Counted from the first letter of the stretch, positions 10,133 through 18,753 are shown. The stretch is 64,000 bases of DNA from Deltaproteobacteria bacterium (GCA_025358085.1 JANYKT010000058.1:7744-71743); one strand, 5' to 3'. Made by a program: numbers and translations. Notes: a model not told the origin generated them from the sequence alone.

Positions 10133-10266
10133 GCCGTGGTACGCGACGCCGGCCGCGCGCGTCCGCCATCTCGCGGTCCGCCGCGGGATCCTTCTCGATG
10201 TCGCGGTCCGCGAACGTGCGGAAGGCGGTTGCGAGCTGAAGGCCCCTCCTCTACAACTGCGCGCCT

Positions 10267-11325
10267 ATGCATGCTCCCGCCATTCAGCGCGACACGTTGC
10301 TGCGCCTCTACCGCGAGATGGTCCGCCTGCGCGTGCTCGACGAGCGCATGATGACGCTGCAGCGGCAGGGTCGGGTGGGCTTCTACGGCGCTTGCACCGG
10401 CCAGGAAGCGGCCACGCTCGCGAGCGCCATTGTCCTCGAGCCCAGCGACTGGATCTTCCCGGCGTTGCGCGAGAGCGGCGCCATGCCGCTGCGCGGGTTC
10501 CCGATGGTGCCCTATCTGTGCCAGGTGTTCGGCAACTCGGGCGACGAGACGAAGGGCCGGCAGATGCCGAGCCACATGGCTTCCCGCAGCGTCAACCAGG
10601 TCTCGTGGGGCTCGTGCATCGGCACCCAGCTGCCACAGGCGGTGGGCGCGGCGATGGCGGCGAAAATCAAGGGCGACCGCACCGTCATCGCCGCTTACCT
10701 GGGCGACGGCGCCACCAGCGAGGGCGACTTTCATGTGGCGATGAACTTCGCCGGCGTCTTCAAGGCCCCGGTGGTCTTCATCTGCCAGAACAACCACTGG
10801 GCGATCAGCGTGCCGACCTCGAAGCAGACCGCGTCGGAGTCCATCGCCATCAAGGCGCAGGCCTACGGTTTCCCGGGTGTCAAGGTGGACGGCAACGACG
10901 CGGTCGCGGTCTATGAGGCGGTGCGCGCGGCGGTCGATCGCGCGCGGTCGGGCGGAGGGCCGTCGCTGGTCGAGTGCGAGACGTATCGGATTGGCGCGCA
11001 CAGCTCCAGCGACGATCCGACCCGGTATCGCGACGAGCGCGAGGTCGAGGCCTGGCGCAAGCGCGACCCCATCGAGATCCTGCGCGGCCGTCTGAACGCC
11101 ATGGGCATCTGGAGCGCGCTGGACGAGGACGCGCTGCGCGCAAGGCTTCTCTCGGAAGTCAACGCCGCCATCGCCGAAGCCGAGCAGAAGCCGGACCCGC
11201 CGCGCGAAAGCCTCTTCGACGACGTCTACTCGACGCTGCCCTGGACCCTGCGTGAGCAGCGCGAGGAGATGATGGCGGCGCCTACCGTCCCGCGGCCTGA
11301 CGCGAAGACCATCGCGGGGAAATAG
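10267..11325 (+). CDS. 2-oxoacid dehydrogenase E1 component, alpha subunit (TPP-binding)
   Basis: GDGATSEGDFHVAMNFA TPP-binding motif; YRIGAHSSSDD. Confidence 0.85.
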   Translation: MHAPAIQRDTLLRLYREMVRLRVLDERMMTLQRQGRVGFYGACTGQEAATLASAIVLEPSDWIFPALRESGAMPLRGFPMVPYLCQVFGNSGDETKGRQMPSHMASRSVNQVSWGSCIGTQLPQAVGAAMAAKIKGDRTVIAAYLGDGATSEGDFHVAMNFAGVFKAPVVFICQNNHWAISVPTSKQTASESIAIKAQAYGFPGVKVDGNDAVAVYEAVRAAVDRARSGGGPSLVECETYRIGAHSSSDDPTRYRDEREVEAWRKRDPIEILRGRLNAMGIWSALDEDALRARLLSEVNAAIAEAEQKPDPPRESLFDDVYSTLPWTLREQREEMMAAPTVPRPDAKTIAGK

Positions 11326-11332
11326 GATCCCC

Positions 11333-12445
11333 GTGCGCGAGCTGCATGTCCGCAGGCTCGGGCGGGTCGAGTACGAGGACGGTCTCGCGGCGCAGAAGGC
11401 GGTCTTCGACGCGCGCGCGGCCGGGCTGGTGCCCGATACGCTCCTGTTGCTCGAGCACCCGCGGGTGATCACGCTGGGCCGCGGGGCGCACCGCGAGAAC
11501 ATTCTTTGGGATCCCAAGCAATTGGCAGGGCGTGGCTTCGAGGTTTTCGAGACCAACCGCGGCGGTGACGTGACCTACCATGGGCCCGGGCAGGTCGTCG
11601 GCTACCCGATCCTCGATCTGAAGCCCGACCGCAAGGACGTGCGCAAGTACGTCGCCTCGGTCGAAGAGCTGATGATTCGCGTCGCCGCCGACTATGGAAT
11701 CCGCGCGGAGCGAGTCGCGGGCCGCACCGGGATCTGGGTCAGGCCGGGAGGACTGCTGGAAAGGCCCGGCAAACGCCAGGGACCCGAGGACAACGCGGGG
11801 CGCGCGGAAGGCAAGCTGGGCGCCATCGGCGTGCACATCGCGCGCTGGATCACCTCGCACGGGTTCGCCTTCAATGTCTCGACCGACCTGCGCGACTTCG
11901 ACGCCATCGTTCCGTGCGGCATCGCCGACGCGAGCGTCACGTCGCTGCAGGGCCTGCTGGGCCGCACGCCGGCGGACGTGGAGGACCGCTTCATCGCGCG
12001 CGCCGCCGAGGTCTGGGAGTCGCAGGTCTCGGAGGTGCCGTGCGAACTGCGCACCATCTCGGTCGCGATCACCGACGGACGCGGCCGGCTCCTGCTACTG
12101 CGCCGCACCCCCGAGCGCGGCGGGTTCTGGCAGATCCTCACCGGCCGCTGCGAGGCGGGCGAGAGCCCGCTGCAGACCGCGGCGCGCGAGGTCCACGAGG
12201 AGACCGGCTTCTCTCCGACGCTGGCCGAGTTGCGCGATCTCGACTACACGCACGCGTTCGCGCTGCAGCTTCCCGGTGCACCGCGGTTCGCGCGCGAGAG
12301 CGCGTTTGCGCTGCAGGTTTCGGGCGACCCGCGCCTCTCCGGCGAGCACGACGCGTTCCGCTGGTGCACCCTTGAGGAGGCGCTGCCGCTGCTGCCCTTC
12401 GCCGGCCTCCGCCGCGCCGCGCGGCTCGCGGTGGCGCGGGGCTGA
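11333..12445 (+). CDS. lipB: Octanoyltransferase LipB fused to a C-terminal NUDIX hydrolase domain
   Basis: N-terminal two thirds is LipB-like (RVEYEDGLAAQKAVFDARAAG...NRGGDVTYHGPGQVVGYP...KLGAIGVHIARWITSHGFAFNV). The C-terminus carries a Nudix box GRCEAGESPLQTAAREVHEETGF. Confidence 0.75.
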   Translation: MRELHVRRLGRVEYEDGLAAQKAVFDARAAGLVPDTLLLLEHPRVITLGRGAHRENILWDPKQLAGRGFEVFETNRGGDVTYHGPGQVVGYPILDLKPDRKDVRKYVASVEELMIRVAADYGIRAERVAGRTGIWVRPGGLLERPGKRQGPEDNAGRAEGKLGAIGVHIARWITSHGFAFNVSTDLRDFDAIVPCGIADASVTSLQGLLGRTPADVEDRFIARAAEVWESQVSEVPCELRTISVAITDGRGRLLLLRRTPERGGFWQILTGRCEAGESPLQTAAREVHEETGFSPTLAELRDLDYTHAFALQLPGAPRFARESAFALQVSGDPRLSGEHDAFRWCTLEEALPLLPFAGLRRAARLAVARG

Positions 12446-12767
12446 CTCCAGCAGCCCTGTCGCCCGCCGTCCCCGAGGCCCGCAGCGAAGCCAGCGGACT
12501 CGCGACTGCGCAGCGTGCCGACGCTGAGCGGGAGATGGCCCGCTCGGCTCGGCTTCGTCGCATCGACAGTGCGCTCGGCCGCGGAGGCACTGGAGTCGCT
12601 CTGGCGTGCGCATCCCGAGCAATGCGGTCGGCCTCGACGCTGGTCTCGAAGAGCGCCGGGAGAAGCTGTACGAGACCCTGCGGCCGCCTCGTTGGGTCCG
12701 CGCTCCCGAATTCCTCGAGGACTGAGCTTGACCGGCTCGCCTCTCCCATTGTACTCTCCTCAATCAA

Positions 12768-13367
12768 ATGAAGCCGCTACAGCTCGAGCTGCCCACCTGG
12801 GGCGGGCGCCGCAAAGGCGCCGGGCGGAAGCGCAAGGGGCCGGTGCGTCTCGTCTCGCACCGGGCGCGACCGGCACATCTGGCGCGCCATCCGCTGCACG
12901 CGGTGTGGCGGACGCGGCCCGACGTCCCCAGCCTACGCAAGCGCGCCGTGATGGAGTTGCTGCGCGTGGCCTTGGCCGCGGGAGGCTCGCGCGCGACGTT
13001 CCGGCTGGTCCATTACTCGGTCCAGGGCAATCACCTGCACCTGGTCGTCGAGGCTCACGACAAGGTGGCGCTGTCGCGCGGGATGCAGGGGCTGGCGGTG
13101 CGCATCGCGCGGGCCGTCAACACCGCCGCGGGCCGCAGGGGCCGCGTCTTTGCCGACCACTACTTCGCCCGGGAGTTGCGCACGCCGGCCGAGGTCCGCC
13201 GCGCGGTCCGCTATGTGCTGGACAACCACCTGCACCACGCGGCGGGCCGCGCTCTCCAGGCGGACTCTTGCGCCGCGCCCGTCACGGCGCCGCGGACATG
13301 GTTGCTCACCGTCGGGTGGCTGAAGAGCCGCGCCGGACCGCTGCCGGTCGCGTACTGGTCAGGCTGA
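12768..13367 (+). mobile_element. IS200/IS605-family Y1 (HUH) transposase-like gene (RAYT-like / COG1943), solitary
   Basis: HUH motif NHLHLVVEA and the catalytic Tyr region RRAVRYVLDNH. No recognisable flanking inverted repeats and no nearby tnpB. Confidence 0.55.
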
Positions 13368-13532
13368 CTCGCGAGCATCACCAATTGTCGAGTCCCATAT
13401 CGATTGGGGAGTCTCCCGCCGTTGCCGGCTCTGGATCCTGCCAGGCACGTTCGTTGGACGCCCGCTTGGCCGCGCTTGTCGCCACAGCCCAACGGTTGGA
13501 ATCGCATCTTGCCGATTGAAGGCCCGTCAGAT

Positions 13533-14360
13533 TCAGAGGTCGACGACGAGCCCCTCGCGCGCCGCGAAGGCGCCGGGCATGATCTTGCGCGCCAACCGCG
13601 CGAGCTTCTCGATGTCGCGGTCGTCGCGGTCTGGCGCGTGGTGAAAGAGAGCCAGCTTTCTGGCGCCTGCGCGCTGTGCGAGCTGGGCGCCGATCTCGTA
13701 CGTCGAGTGCCCCCAGCCCTTCTTCGACAGCGGTCCGTCGGCATACTCAGCCGGCGTGTATTGCGCGTCGCAGATCAGGAGGTCCACGTCGCGCGCCAAC
13801 TCGACAAGGCGCTCGTCGGCCGCGCTGCCGTGCTCGAAATCGGTGGCGTAGACCATCGACCGGCCGCCGTGCTCGAGCCGGAAGCCGAGCGCGCCGCCGG
13901 GATGATTCAGCTCGGCGGCGCGGAGCATTCCTTTGCCGATGCGCGCTGTTCCGCCTCCCTGCAACGGCACGAAGCTGATGCGCGCGCTCAGCGCTTCCAG
14001 CTCTACCGGGAAGTAGGGTTCGACCATCTGGCCGGAGAGGATCTGCCGCACGTCGCGGCCCTTGCGGGTGGGGCCGTGGATGGTCAGCTCCGAGCGCGGA
14101 TCGTACGCTGGAGCGAAGAACGGCAGGCCCGCGATGTGGTCCCAATGGTAGTGCGAGAGGAAGAGGCTGGCGCGCACTGGGCCGCGGCTTGCGAGCTCGA
14201 CGCCGAGTGCGCGCAGGCCGGTGCCGAGGTCGAAGATCACGGTCTCGTCGTCGAAACGAACCTCGACGCAAGACGTGTTACCGCCGGTAAGGAGCGTCTG
14301 CTTGCCGGGCGAGGCGAGGCTGCCCCGCACGCCCCAGAACCGCACCTGGAGCAGCGGCTT
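13533..14360 (-). CDS. MBL-fold metallo-hydrolase
   Basis: SHYHWDHIAG (HxHxDH) motif. Start chosen at MKPLLQVRFWGVRGS, which has a plausible RBS; the ORF itself extends to 14480. Confidence 0.7.
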   Translation of the reverse strand, partial: KPLLQVRFWGVRGSLASPGKQTLLTGGNTSCVEVRFDDETVIFDLGTGLRALGVELASRGPVRASLFLSHYHWDHIAGLPFFAPAYDPRSELTIHGPTRKGRDVRQILSGQMVEPYFPVELEALSARISFVPLQGGGTARIGKGMLRAAELNHPGGALGFRLEHGGRSMVYATDFEHGSAADERLVELARDVDLLICDAQYTPAEYADGPLSKKGWGHSTYEIGAQLAQRAGARKLALFHHAPDRDDRDIEKLARLARKIMPGAFAAREGLVVDL

Positions 14361-14445
14361 CATTTTGACCTTGGAAGGGGAAGCCATCGACTCAGCAGCC
14401 TGCCGCGAGAAGAGCTCGGCCGCAAGAAAGCTCAAGACAAGAATC

Positions 14446-15114
14446 TCAAGCAGACGTCTGGTCCAATCCGGGCAGTTCAATCAAGTGACCCGTGCGCTCG
14501 CGCTTGGTCATCAGATAGCCGAGGTTGTGCGGATTGACCTGCGCAGTGGAGGCAATCCGGTGGCGCACCTGGATGCCCATGTTTTCCAGGCCGGCGATCT
14601 TGAGCGGATTGTTGGTGATGAGATCGATGCTGCGCACGCCCAGCTGCTTCAGCATGCAGGCTGCAATGTCGTACCGGCGCAGGTCGTCAGGGAAGCCGAG
14701 CTGGCGATTGGCTTCGTAAGTGTCGGCGCCGCGCGCCTGCAGCGCATAAGCGCGAATCTTGTTGCCAAGGCCGATGCCGCGGCCTTCCTGCCGCAGGTAG
14801 ATGACGGCGCCGCGCTCGCTCTTGCCGACCAGATCCAGAGCGTGCTCGAGCTGCTCTCGGCAGTCGCACTTCAGGCTGCCGAAGATCTCACTGGTCAAGC
14901 ACTCGCTGTGGACGCGCACTGGCACGCCTTCCTGACCCTGGAGGTCTCCCTTGACGGCAACCACGTGCTCCTTGTCCGTGCCCTTCTCGCGAAAGACCAT
15001 CGCGCGCAGCGGGCCATGGCGTGTCGGCAGCGGCGCTTCGGCATAGAGCGAAACGAGCGTGTCATTCGCGGCAGGAACACTGTGTAGAAAGGCGCGGGCC
15101 TGATCGAGAGCCAT
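14446..15114 (-). CDS. ribA: GTP cyclohydrolase II (RibA-type, single domain)
   Basis: VHSECLTSEIFGSLKCDCREQLE and YLRQEGRGIGLGNKIRAYALQ motifs. ATG at 15112-15114 is preceded by a CAGGAG RBS. Confidence 0.8.
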   Translation of the reverse strand: MALDQARAFLHSVPAANDTLVSLYAEAPLPTRHGPLRAMVFREKGTDKEHVVAVKGDLQGQEGVPVRVHSECLTSEIFGSLKCDCREQLEHALDLVGKSERGAVIYLRQEGRGIGLGNKIRAYALQARGADTYEANRQLGFPDDLRRYDIAACMLKQLGVRSIDLITNNPLKIAGLENMGIQVRHRIASTAQVNPHNLGYLMTKRERTGHLIELPGLDQTSA

Positions 15115-15232
15115 CGTTGAGTTCTCCTGTGTGCATCCTCTGATGCGTCGAGCGCGAGCGAGATTCCGGCGAAATCGACCAAACCGCTCACCGCCTCCGG
15201 CATCAAAGGAGATAAGTGATAGGAGACAAATC

Positions 15233-15595
15233 ATGCATCAGATAGAGGCCGAATTTACCTTCGCCGCCGCGCACCGCCTGCCGCGCTACCAGGGCAAGTG
15301 CTTCAACCTGCACGGCCACAACTACCGCTTTCGTGTCTCGCTGCGGGGCGAGCCTGACGCGCACTCGGGGATCTTCGTGGACTTCGGCGATGTCGAGAAG
15401 GCAGTCAAAGCCAACATCCTCGATCAGTGTGACCACACGAACCTCAATGACTTTATCGGGAATCCGACGGCCGAGAATCTCGCCAGCTGGATATGGGAGC
15501 GGCTCGACGGCAAGCTGCCTGGCCTCGCCGAAGTGCGGCTCTGGGAGATCCCCACCAGCTGCGTCGTCTACCGTGGACCGCAGGGAAAATTCTGA
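15233..15595 (+). CDS. 6-pyruvoyl-tetrahydropterin synthase family protein (PTPS/QueD-like)
   Basis: CFNLHGHNY (CxxxHGH) catalytic motif and EAEFTFAAAHRLP; AGGAGA RBS. Its stop overlaps the folE start (TGATG). Confidence 0.8.
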   Translation: MHQIEAEFTFAAAHRLPRYQGKCFNLHGHNYRFRVSLRGEPDAHSGIFVDFGDVEKAVKANILDQCDHTNLNDFIGNPTAENLASWIWERLDGKLPGLAEVRLWEIPTSCVVYRGPQGKF

Positions 15596-16182
15596 TGCTT
15601 CTCGACCGCAAAGCGCGGCCGCCGAACCGCGCCGCCATGGAGAAGGCGGTCGCGGACCTGCTTGAAGCGAGTGGCGCCGAGTTGGACGCCGAGACGCGGG
15701 ACACGCCGGGACGCGTGGCCAAGGCCTTCGCGGAAGATCTGCTGGACGGCTACGGGCAGGATCCCGTCGCGGCGCTCGCGAGTTCGCTGGTGCCAGCGCC
15801 GCGCAAGGGCGAGCTCGTGATTGCCTCACAGCTGGACTTTCACTCGATGTGTCCACATCACCTGCTTCCGTACAAAGGCACCGCGGCGGTGGGCTACCTC
15901 GCGGACGCGCACCTGGTCGGCTTCGGCAAGATCGCCGAGGCGGTCGACGCGCTGTCGCACCGGCTCATCCTGCAGGAGACGCTGGTGCATCGCCTCTGCG
16001 AGGCCGTGATGACGGCGCTGCAGCCGCTGGGCGCGGGCGTGGTGATCACCGCCGAGCACGGCTGCATGCAGGTGCGCGGGCCGATGCGCCGGCAGAGCCG
16101 CATCACGGTCGAGGCCTGGGCGGGCGCCTTCGAGCACGACGCCGAGTTGCGCAGCTCGCTGGCGCGCCGGGCCGGGGGATGA
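15595..16182 (+). CDS. folE: GTP cyclohydrolase I
   Basis: QLDFHSMCPHHLLPY...GYLADAHLVGFGKIAEAVD...QETL... is the FolE signature. Confidence 0.85.
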   Translation: MLLDRKARPPNRAAMEKAVADLLEASGAELDAETRDTPGRVAKAFAEDLLDGYGQDPVAALASSLVPAPRKGELVIASQLDFHSMCPHHLLPYKGTAAVGYLADAHLVGFGKIAEAVDALSHRLILQETLVHRLCEAVMTALQPLGAGVVITAEHGCMQVRGPMRRQSRITVEAWAGAFEHDAELRSSLARRAGG

Positions 16183-16841
16183 GCGCGCTGCGCGGGAAGG
16201 TCTGCGTGGTGACGGGCGCGTCGCGCGGTATCGGCCTCGCCATCGCGGAGTTGCTTGCAGCCGAGGGAGCGCGCCTGTCGGTCTGTGCCGTGCAAAAGCC
16301 GCCGCGGTTTGGCGAACACGCCGCCCGCTGCGACGTGGCGGACGCGAAGGAGGTCGAAAGCTTCTTCGCCGAGTCGCAGAGGCGGCTGGGTCCGCCGGAC
16401 ATTCTGGTCATCAACGCTGGTGTCCTCGAGCGCGGCGCGTTGGACGAACTCTCGGAGCGGCAGTGGGACCGGGTGCTCGGCGTCAACCTGAAAGGCGCCT
16501 TCCTCTGCGCGCGCGCCGTCTGGCCGTCGATGCGGTCGCGCAAGAGCGGCCGCATCATCGCCCTGGGGTCGATCAGCGGCACGCTCGGCACCAGTTTCGC
16601 GTCGGCTTACAACGCCTCGAAGTGGGGCCTGACGGGCTTCATCAAGTCCATCGCCGAGGAGGGCCGTGACCACGGCATCTTTTGCGCGACGGTGCTGCCG
16701 GGCTCGACCGACACCGATATGCTTCGCCAGACAACGTTCGCACCGCAGATGACGCCGCTCGATGTGGCGGGCGTGGTGCGCTACCTCGCTGCCGACGCGC
16801 CGATGGCGATGACCGGCAGCGCAGTGGAGGTCTTCGGGTGA
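16179..16841 (+). CDS. Short-chain dehydrogenase/reductase (candidate pteridine or sepiapterin reductase by context)
   Basis: TGASRGIGLAIA Rossmann motif and the YNASK catalytic motif. The start overlaps the folE stop (ATGA). Confidence 0.8.
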   Translation: MSALRGKVCVVTGASRGIGLAIAELLAAEGARLSVCAVQKPPRFGEHAARCDVADAKEVESFFAESQRRLGPPDILVINAGVLERGALDELSERQWDRVLGVNLKGAFLCARAVWPSMRSRKSGRIIALGSISGTLGTSFASAYNASKWGLTGFIKSIAEEGRDHGIFCATVLPGSTDTDMLRQTTFAPQMTPLDVAGVVRYLAADAPMAMTGSAVEVFG

Positions 16842-18190
16842 TGAGTCTTGCAGGTGAGCTGAAGGCGCTGGACCTCGACGCGCAGGAGCCGACCGAGGCG
16901 TACGCGCGCGACGAGAGCGGCACCGGCGACTACCCGCCGCAAGCGGTGGTGCTGGCGCATTCAGTCCTCGACGTGCAGAAGGTTCTGCGTTTTTCCAAAC
17001 ATCGCAAGATCCCGGTGGTGCCCCGCGGCGGCGGCTCCGGCAAGAGCGGCGGCGCTTTGGCGGAGCGCGGCGGCATCGTGCTTTCCCTCGAGAAGATGAA
17101 TCGCATCGTCGAGATTTCGCGGCCCGACATGGTCTGCGTCGTCGAGCCCGGCGTGATCTTGCAGGACTTGCAAGTCGCGGTTGAAGAGCAGGGCTTGTTC
17201 TACCCGCCTGACCCGAACTCGCAGGCCTGGTGCACGCTGGGCGGCAACCTTGCGCACAACGCCGGCGGCCCGCGCGCGCTCAAGTACGGCGTCACCCGCG
17301 ACTACGTGCTGGGCGTCGAGGCGGTGCTGCCGACCGGAGAATTCATTCATGCTGGCCACCGCAGCTGGAAAGGCGTCGCCGGCTACGACATCACCCAGCT
17401 GCTGGTCGGCAGCGAAGGCACGCTCGGGGTGATCACGCAGGCGACGCTCAAGCTCATTCCGCTCCCGCGCCGCGTGGCGACCATGCTGGCCTTCTTTCCC
17501 GACGAGGCGAAGGCGGCGCTGGGCGTGCAGAAGATCTTCGGCGCCGGCCTCCTGCCGCGCACCTGCGAGCTGATGGACGGACCGACCATGCGCGCCCTGA
17601 AAGGCAAGGCTCCGTTCCAATTCCCCGATGAGGTCGGCGGCGCGCTCATCGTCGAGCACGACGGGAACGGCGACGGCGTGATGGAGGACCTCGCGCAATC
17701 GGGGGAGATGTGCATGGAAGCCGGGGCCATCGACGTGGTCGCGGCGCAGGACGAATCACAGCGTCGGCGCATCTGGGAGACGCGGCGGATGATCTCGGTG
17801 GCCATGAGCTCGATCCGGCCGCACAAGATCAGCGAGGACGTAGCGGTGCCGCGCGGGCGGCTGGTCGACCTGATCAATGCGGTGCGCGAGATCGGTGCCC
17901 GGTACAGCCTGGAAACAGCCTGCTACGGGCACGCGGGCGACGGCAACATGCACGTGAACTTGCTCTTCGCCAGCGCCGAGGAGCGCGTCCGCGGGCAGAA
18001 GGCGGTCGACGAGGTGATCCAGACCGCGATCGATTTCGGCGGCACCATCACCGGAGAACACGGCGTGGGCCTCGCGAAGCGTGCTTTCCTGGCGCGCGAG
18101 CAGGGCCCGGATCTGATCGCGCTGCAGAAGCGGGTCAAGCGCGCCTTCGATCCTGAAGACCTGTTGAATCCGGGAAAGATCTTTCCATGA
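16841..18190 (+). CDS. FAD-linked oxidase (GlcD / D-lactate dehydrogenase family, FAD_binding_4)
   Basis: VVPRGGGSGKSGGAL FAD-binding region and the C-terminal HVNLL...GTITGEHGVG motif. The start overlaps the SDR stop. Confidence 0.8.
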   Translation: MSLAGELKALDLDAQEPTEAYARDESGTGDYPPQAVVLAHSVLDVQKVLRFSKHRKIPVVPRGGGSGKSGGALAERGGIVLSLEKMNRIVEISRPDMVCVVEPGVILQDLQVAVEEQGLFYPPDPNSQAWCTLGGNLAHNAGGPRALKYGVTRDYVLGVEAVLPTGEFIHAGHRSWKGVAGYDITQLLVGSEGTLGVITQATLKLIPLPRRVATMLAFFPDEAKAALGVQKIFGAGLLPRTCELMDGPTMRALKGKAPFQFPDEVGGALIVEHDGNGDGVMEDLAQSGEMCMEAGAIDVVAAQDESQRRRIWETRRMISVAMSSIRPHKISEDVAVPRGRLVDLINAVREIGARYSLETACYGHAGDGNMHVNLLFASAEERVRGQKAVDEVIQTAIDFGGTITGEHGVGLAKRAFLAREQGPDLIALQKRVKRAFDPEDLLNPGKIFP

Positions 18191-18753
18191 GCGCACCCTG
18201 TTCCTTTCCTGCGCGGAGACGTTTGGCCGCGCCCAAGCTCGCTGCCGGCTGTCTCTTTGCGTTGGTGCTCGCCTGCGATATCCCGCTGCACGCTGGCCGC
18301 GGCAGCGCGCCGCGCGGCATCGACCAGCAGGCGCTACCGGTGGGCGCCAGAGCCCAGCCGGTGGGCCTCGGCGCTCACCTTCCGGCCGCGGTGGTTTTCT
18401 ACCGCGGCCATTGGTGACCCTATTGCAAGAGGCAGCTCGGTGAGCTGCAAAAAGCACTCCCGGAATTCACCAAACGCCACGCCTTTCTGGTCGCGGTGTC
18501 CGTCGATGACCCGAGCACTTCGCGCAGCCTGGCCGAGACGTTGGGCCTCCGCTTCCCCATCGTCTCCGACGAGCAGCGCAAGCTGATCCGCAAGTACGGC
18601 GTGCTCGATGCCGAGAACGACATCGCCTGGCCTGCCCTTTTCGTGATCGGCCGCGATGGGAAAGTCGCTTGGCGCTCCCTCGCGGATTCGCCTTCGAAGC
18701 GCGCTGGCGTCAACGAAATCCTGGCGGCGCTGGATGGGCTGGTCGCGCCTTGA
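18187..18753 (+). CDS. Redoxin (AhpC/TSA-fold) lipoprotein with an in-frame TGA at the first position of its CxxC motif; candidate selenoprotein (U-P-Y-C)
   Basis: ORFs 18187..18417 and 18496..18753 are in the same frame and separated only by the TGA at 18415-18417. Together they read ...AAVVFYRGHW[TGA]PYCKRQLGELQKALPEF...LRFPIVSDEQRKL...FVIGRDGKVAW. The N-terminus has a lipobox (LFALVLAC). The start overlaps the FAD-oxidase stop. Confidence 0.55.
18432..18448 (+). ncRNA. Candidate bacterial SECIS hairpin (GCAGCUC-GGU-GAGCUGC) beginning 15 nt after the TGA
   Basis: Perfect 7-bp stem with a GGU apical loop. The loop G lies about 22 nt downstream of the UGA, within the bacterial SECIS window, and the loop resembles the GGUC loop of E. 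coli fdhF. Confidence 0.5.

Noticed and set aside
12515-13519. 334-aa Ala/Arg/Gly-rich ORF overlapping the RAYT-like gene
   Set aside because: Low-complexity and no domain. The other-frame product has clear HUH and Tyr transposase motifs.
18415-18417. Simple explanation that the TGA in the redoxin gene is a sequencing error or pseudogenising mutation
   Set aside because: Not rejected outright, but judged less likely. The TGA replaces exactly the catalytic Cys codon (TGC to TGA would also be a one-base change), and a correctly placed hairpin follows. Resequencing and a search for sel genes would decide this.
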